Part shown: positions 17,103-17,593 of the stretch, piece after piece
Position numbering within the stretch: position 1 is the stretch's first letter
Layout: each line of letters starts with the position of its first letter
Source: Candidatus Zixiibacteriota bacterium
GTDB taxonomy: Bacteria; Zixibacteria; MSB-5A5; WJJR01
DNA length: 17,593 nt
Direction: 5' to 3'
Assembly: GCA_036170655.1 (NCBI GenBank)
Contig: JAVHPP010000036.1
Location: 1 to 17,593 of the forward strand
Position numbers and translations under genes: made by a program
Notes under the pieces: generated by a model
What the model was told of the DNA's origin: nothing
What the model saw: the letters and a program-made list of their open reading frames with translations, nothing else
The model's database searches: none

Positions 17103-17593
17103 CGGACTGGCTGTCGCACCAGTTTCCATTCTTCCTGACGATGGTGACGGCGTTTTTCACGCTGGCAATCTTCTCGTTTCTCTATCGGGACAATCCGTTT
17201 TTCAAGTTCGCCGAGCATGTCTTCGCGGGGTTGTCCGCGGGTTATTACTTCGGTCTGATTTATCAGTCGGTCATTGTCCAACAAGTCTGGTTTCCGCTCA
17301 CCCACAACGGGCAATGGAGCGTTCTGATCCCCGGCGCGCTGGGCCTTCTCATGTTCGCCCGGTTCATCCCGCGCATCGGCTGGACAACCCGGCTTCCTCT
17401 TGCCTTCGTCATCGGCAGCACGGCCGGGATCATGTTCATCCAGCAGTTGCACGGCGTCATTCTTCCCCAGGTCGGGCGCACATTCCTCACGCTGGGGTCG
17501 CTGAACAACATCCTGATCGTCGCGGGTGTGCTGTCAACTTTGATCTACTTCTACTTTTCCAAGCCACACACCGGACCGCTGGGGTGGGTGGCG
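17099..17593 (+). CDS. Uncharacterised integral membrane protein, truncated by the window end (cassette subunit D)
   Basis: Not in the ORF track. Hand translation from ATG 17099 (ATGA overlap) is open for 165 codons to the window end: MTDWLSHQFPFFLTMVTAFFTLAIFSFLYRDNPFFKFAEHVFAGLSAGYY...LIYFYFSKPHTGPLGWVA, with at least 5 hydrophobic helices. Confidence 0.88.
   Translation, partial: MTDWLSHQFPFFLTMVTAFFTLAIFSFLYRDNPFFKFAEHVFAGLSAGYYFGLIYQSVIVQQVWFPLTHNGQWSVLIPGALGLLMFARFIPRIGWTTRLPLAFVIGSTAGIMFIQQLHGVILPQVGRTFLTLGSLNNILIVAGVLSTLIYFYFSKPHTGPLGWVA

Overview
GC-rich bacterial chromosomal segment with 16 co-oriented + strand genes and no mobile element, CRISPR array or recognisable RNA gene. Gene content suggests a diderm lineage such as an FCB-related candidate phylum, but this is inference only. 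The order is: a hairpin-rich 5' non-coding stretch; a CPBP intramembrane protease; a GAF-GAF-PP2C (SpoIIE/RsbU-type) phosphatase; tilS-hpt-ftsH-folP; the diadenylate cyclase cdaA with no cdaR or glmM; obg-dprA; HPr and PTS Enzyme I; a bifunctional PGI/PMI; and a tightly coupled four-gene cassette of uncharacterised membrane proteins running off the 3' end. The cassette starts with a DUF6754-like gene, and its fourth gene is missing from the ORF track. It is the best candidate for an undescribed system: it looks like two pairs of similarly built subunits (A/C and B/D) whose positive-charge distribution predicts opposite membrane orientations, as in inverted-topology transporters and membrane complexes.
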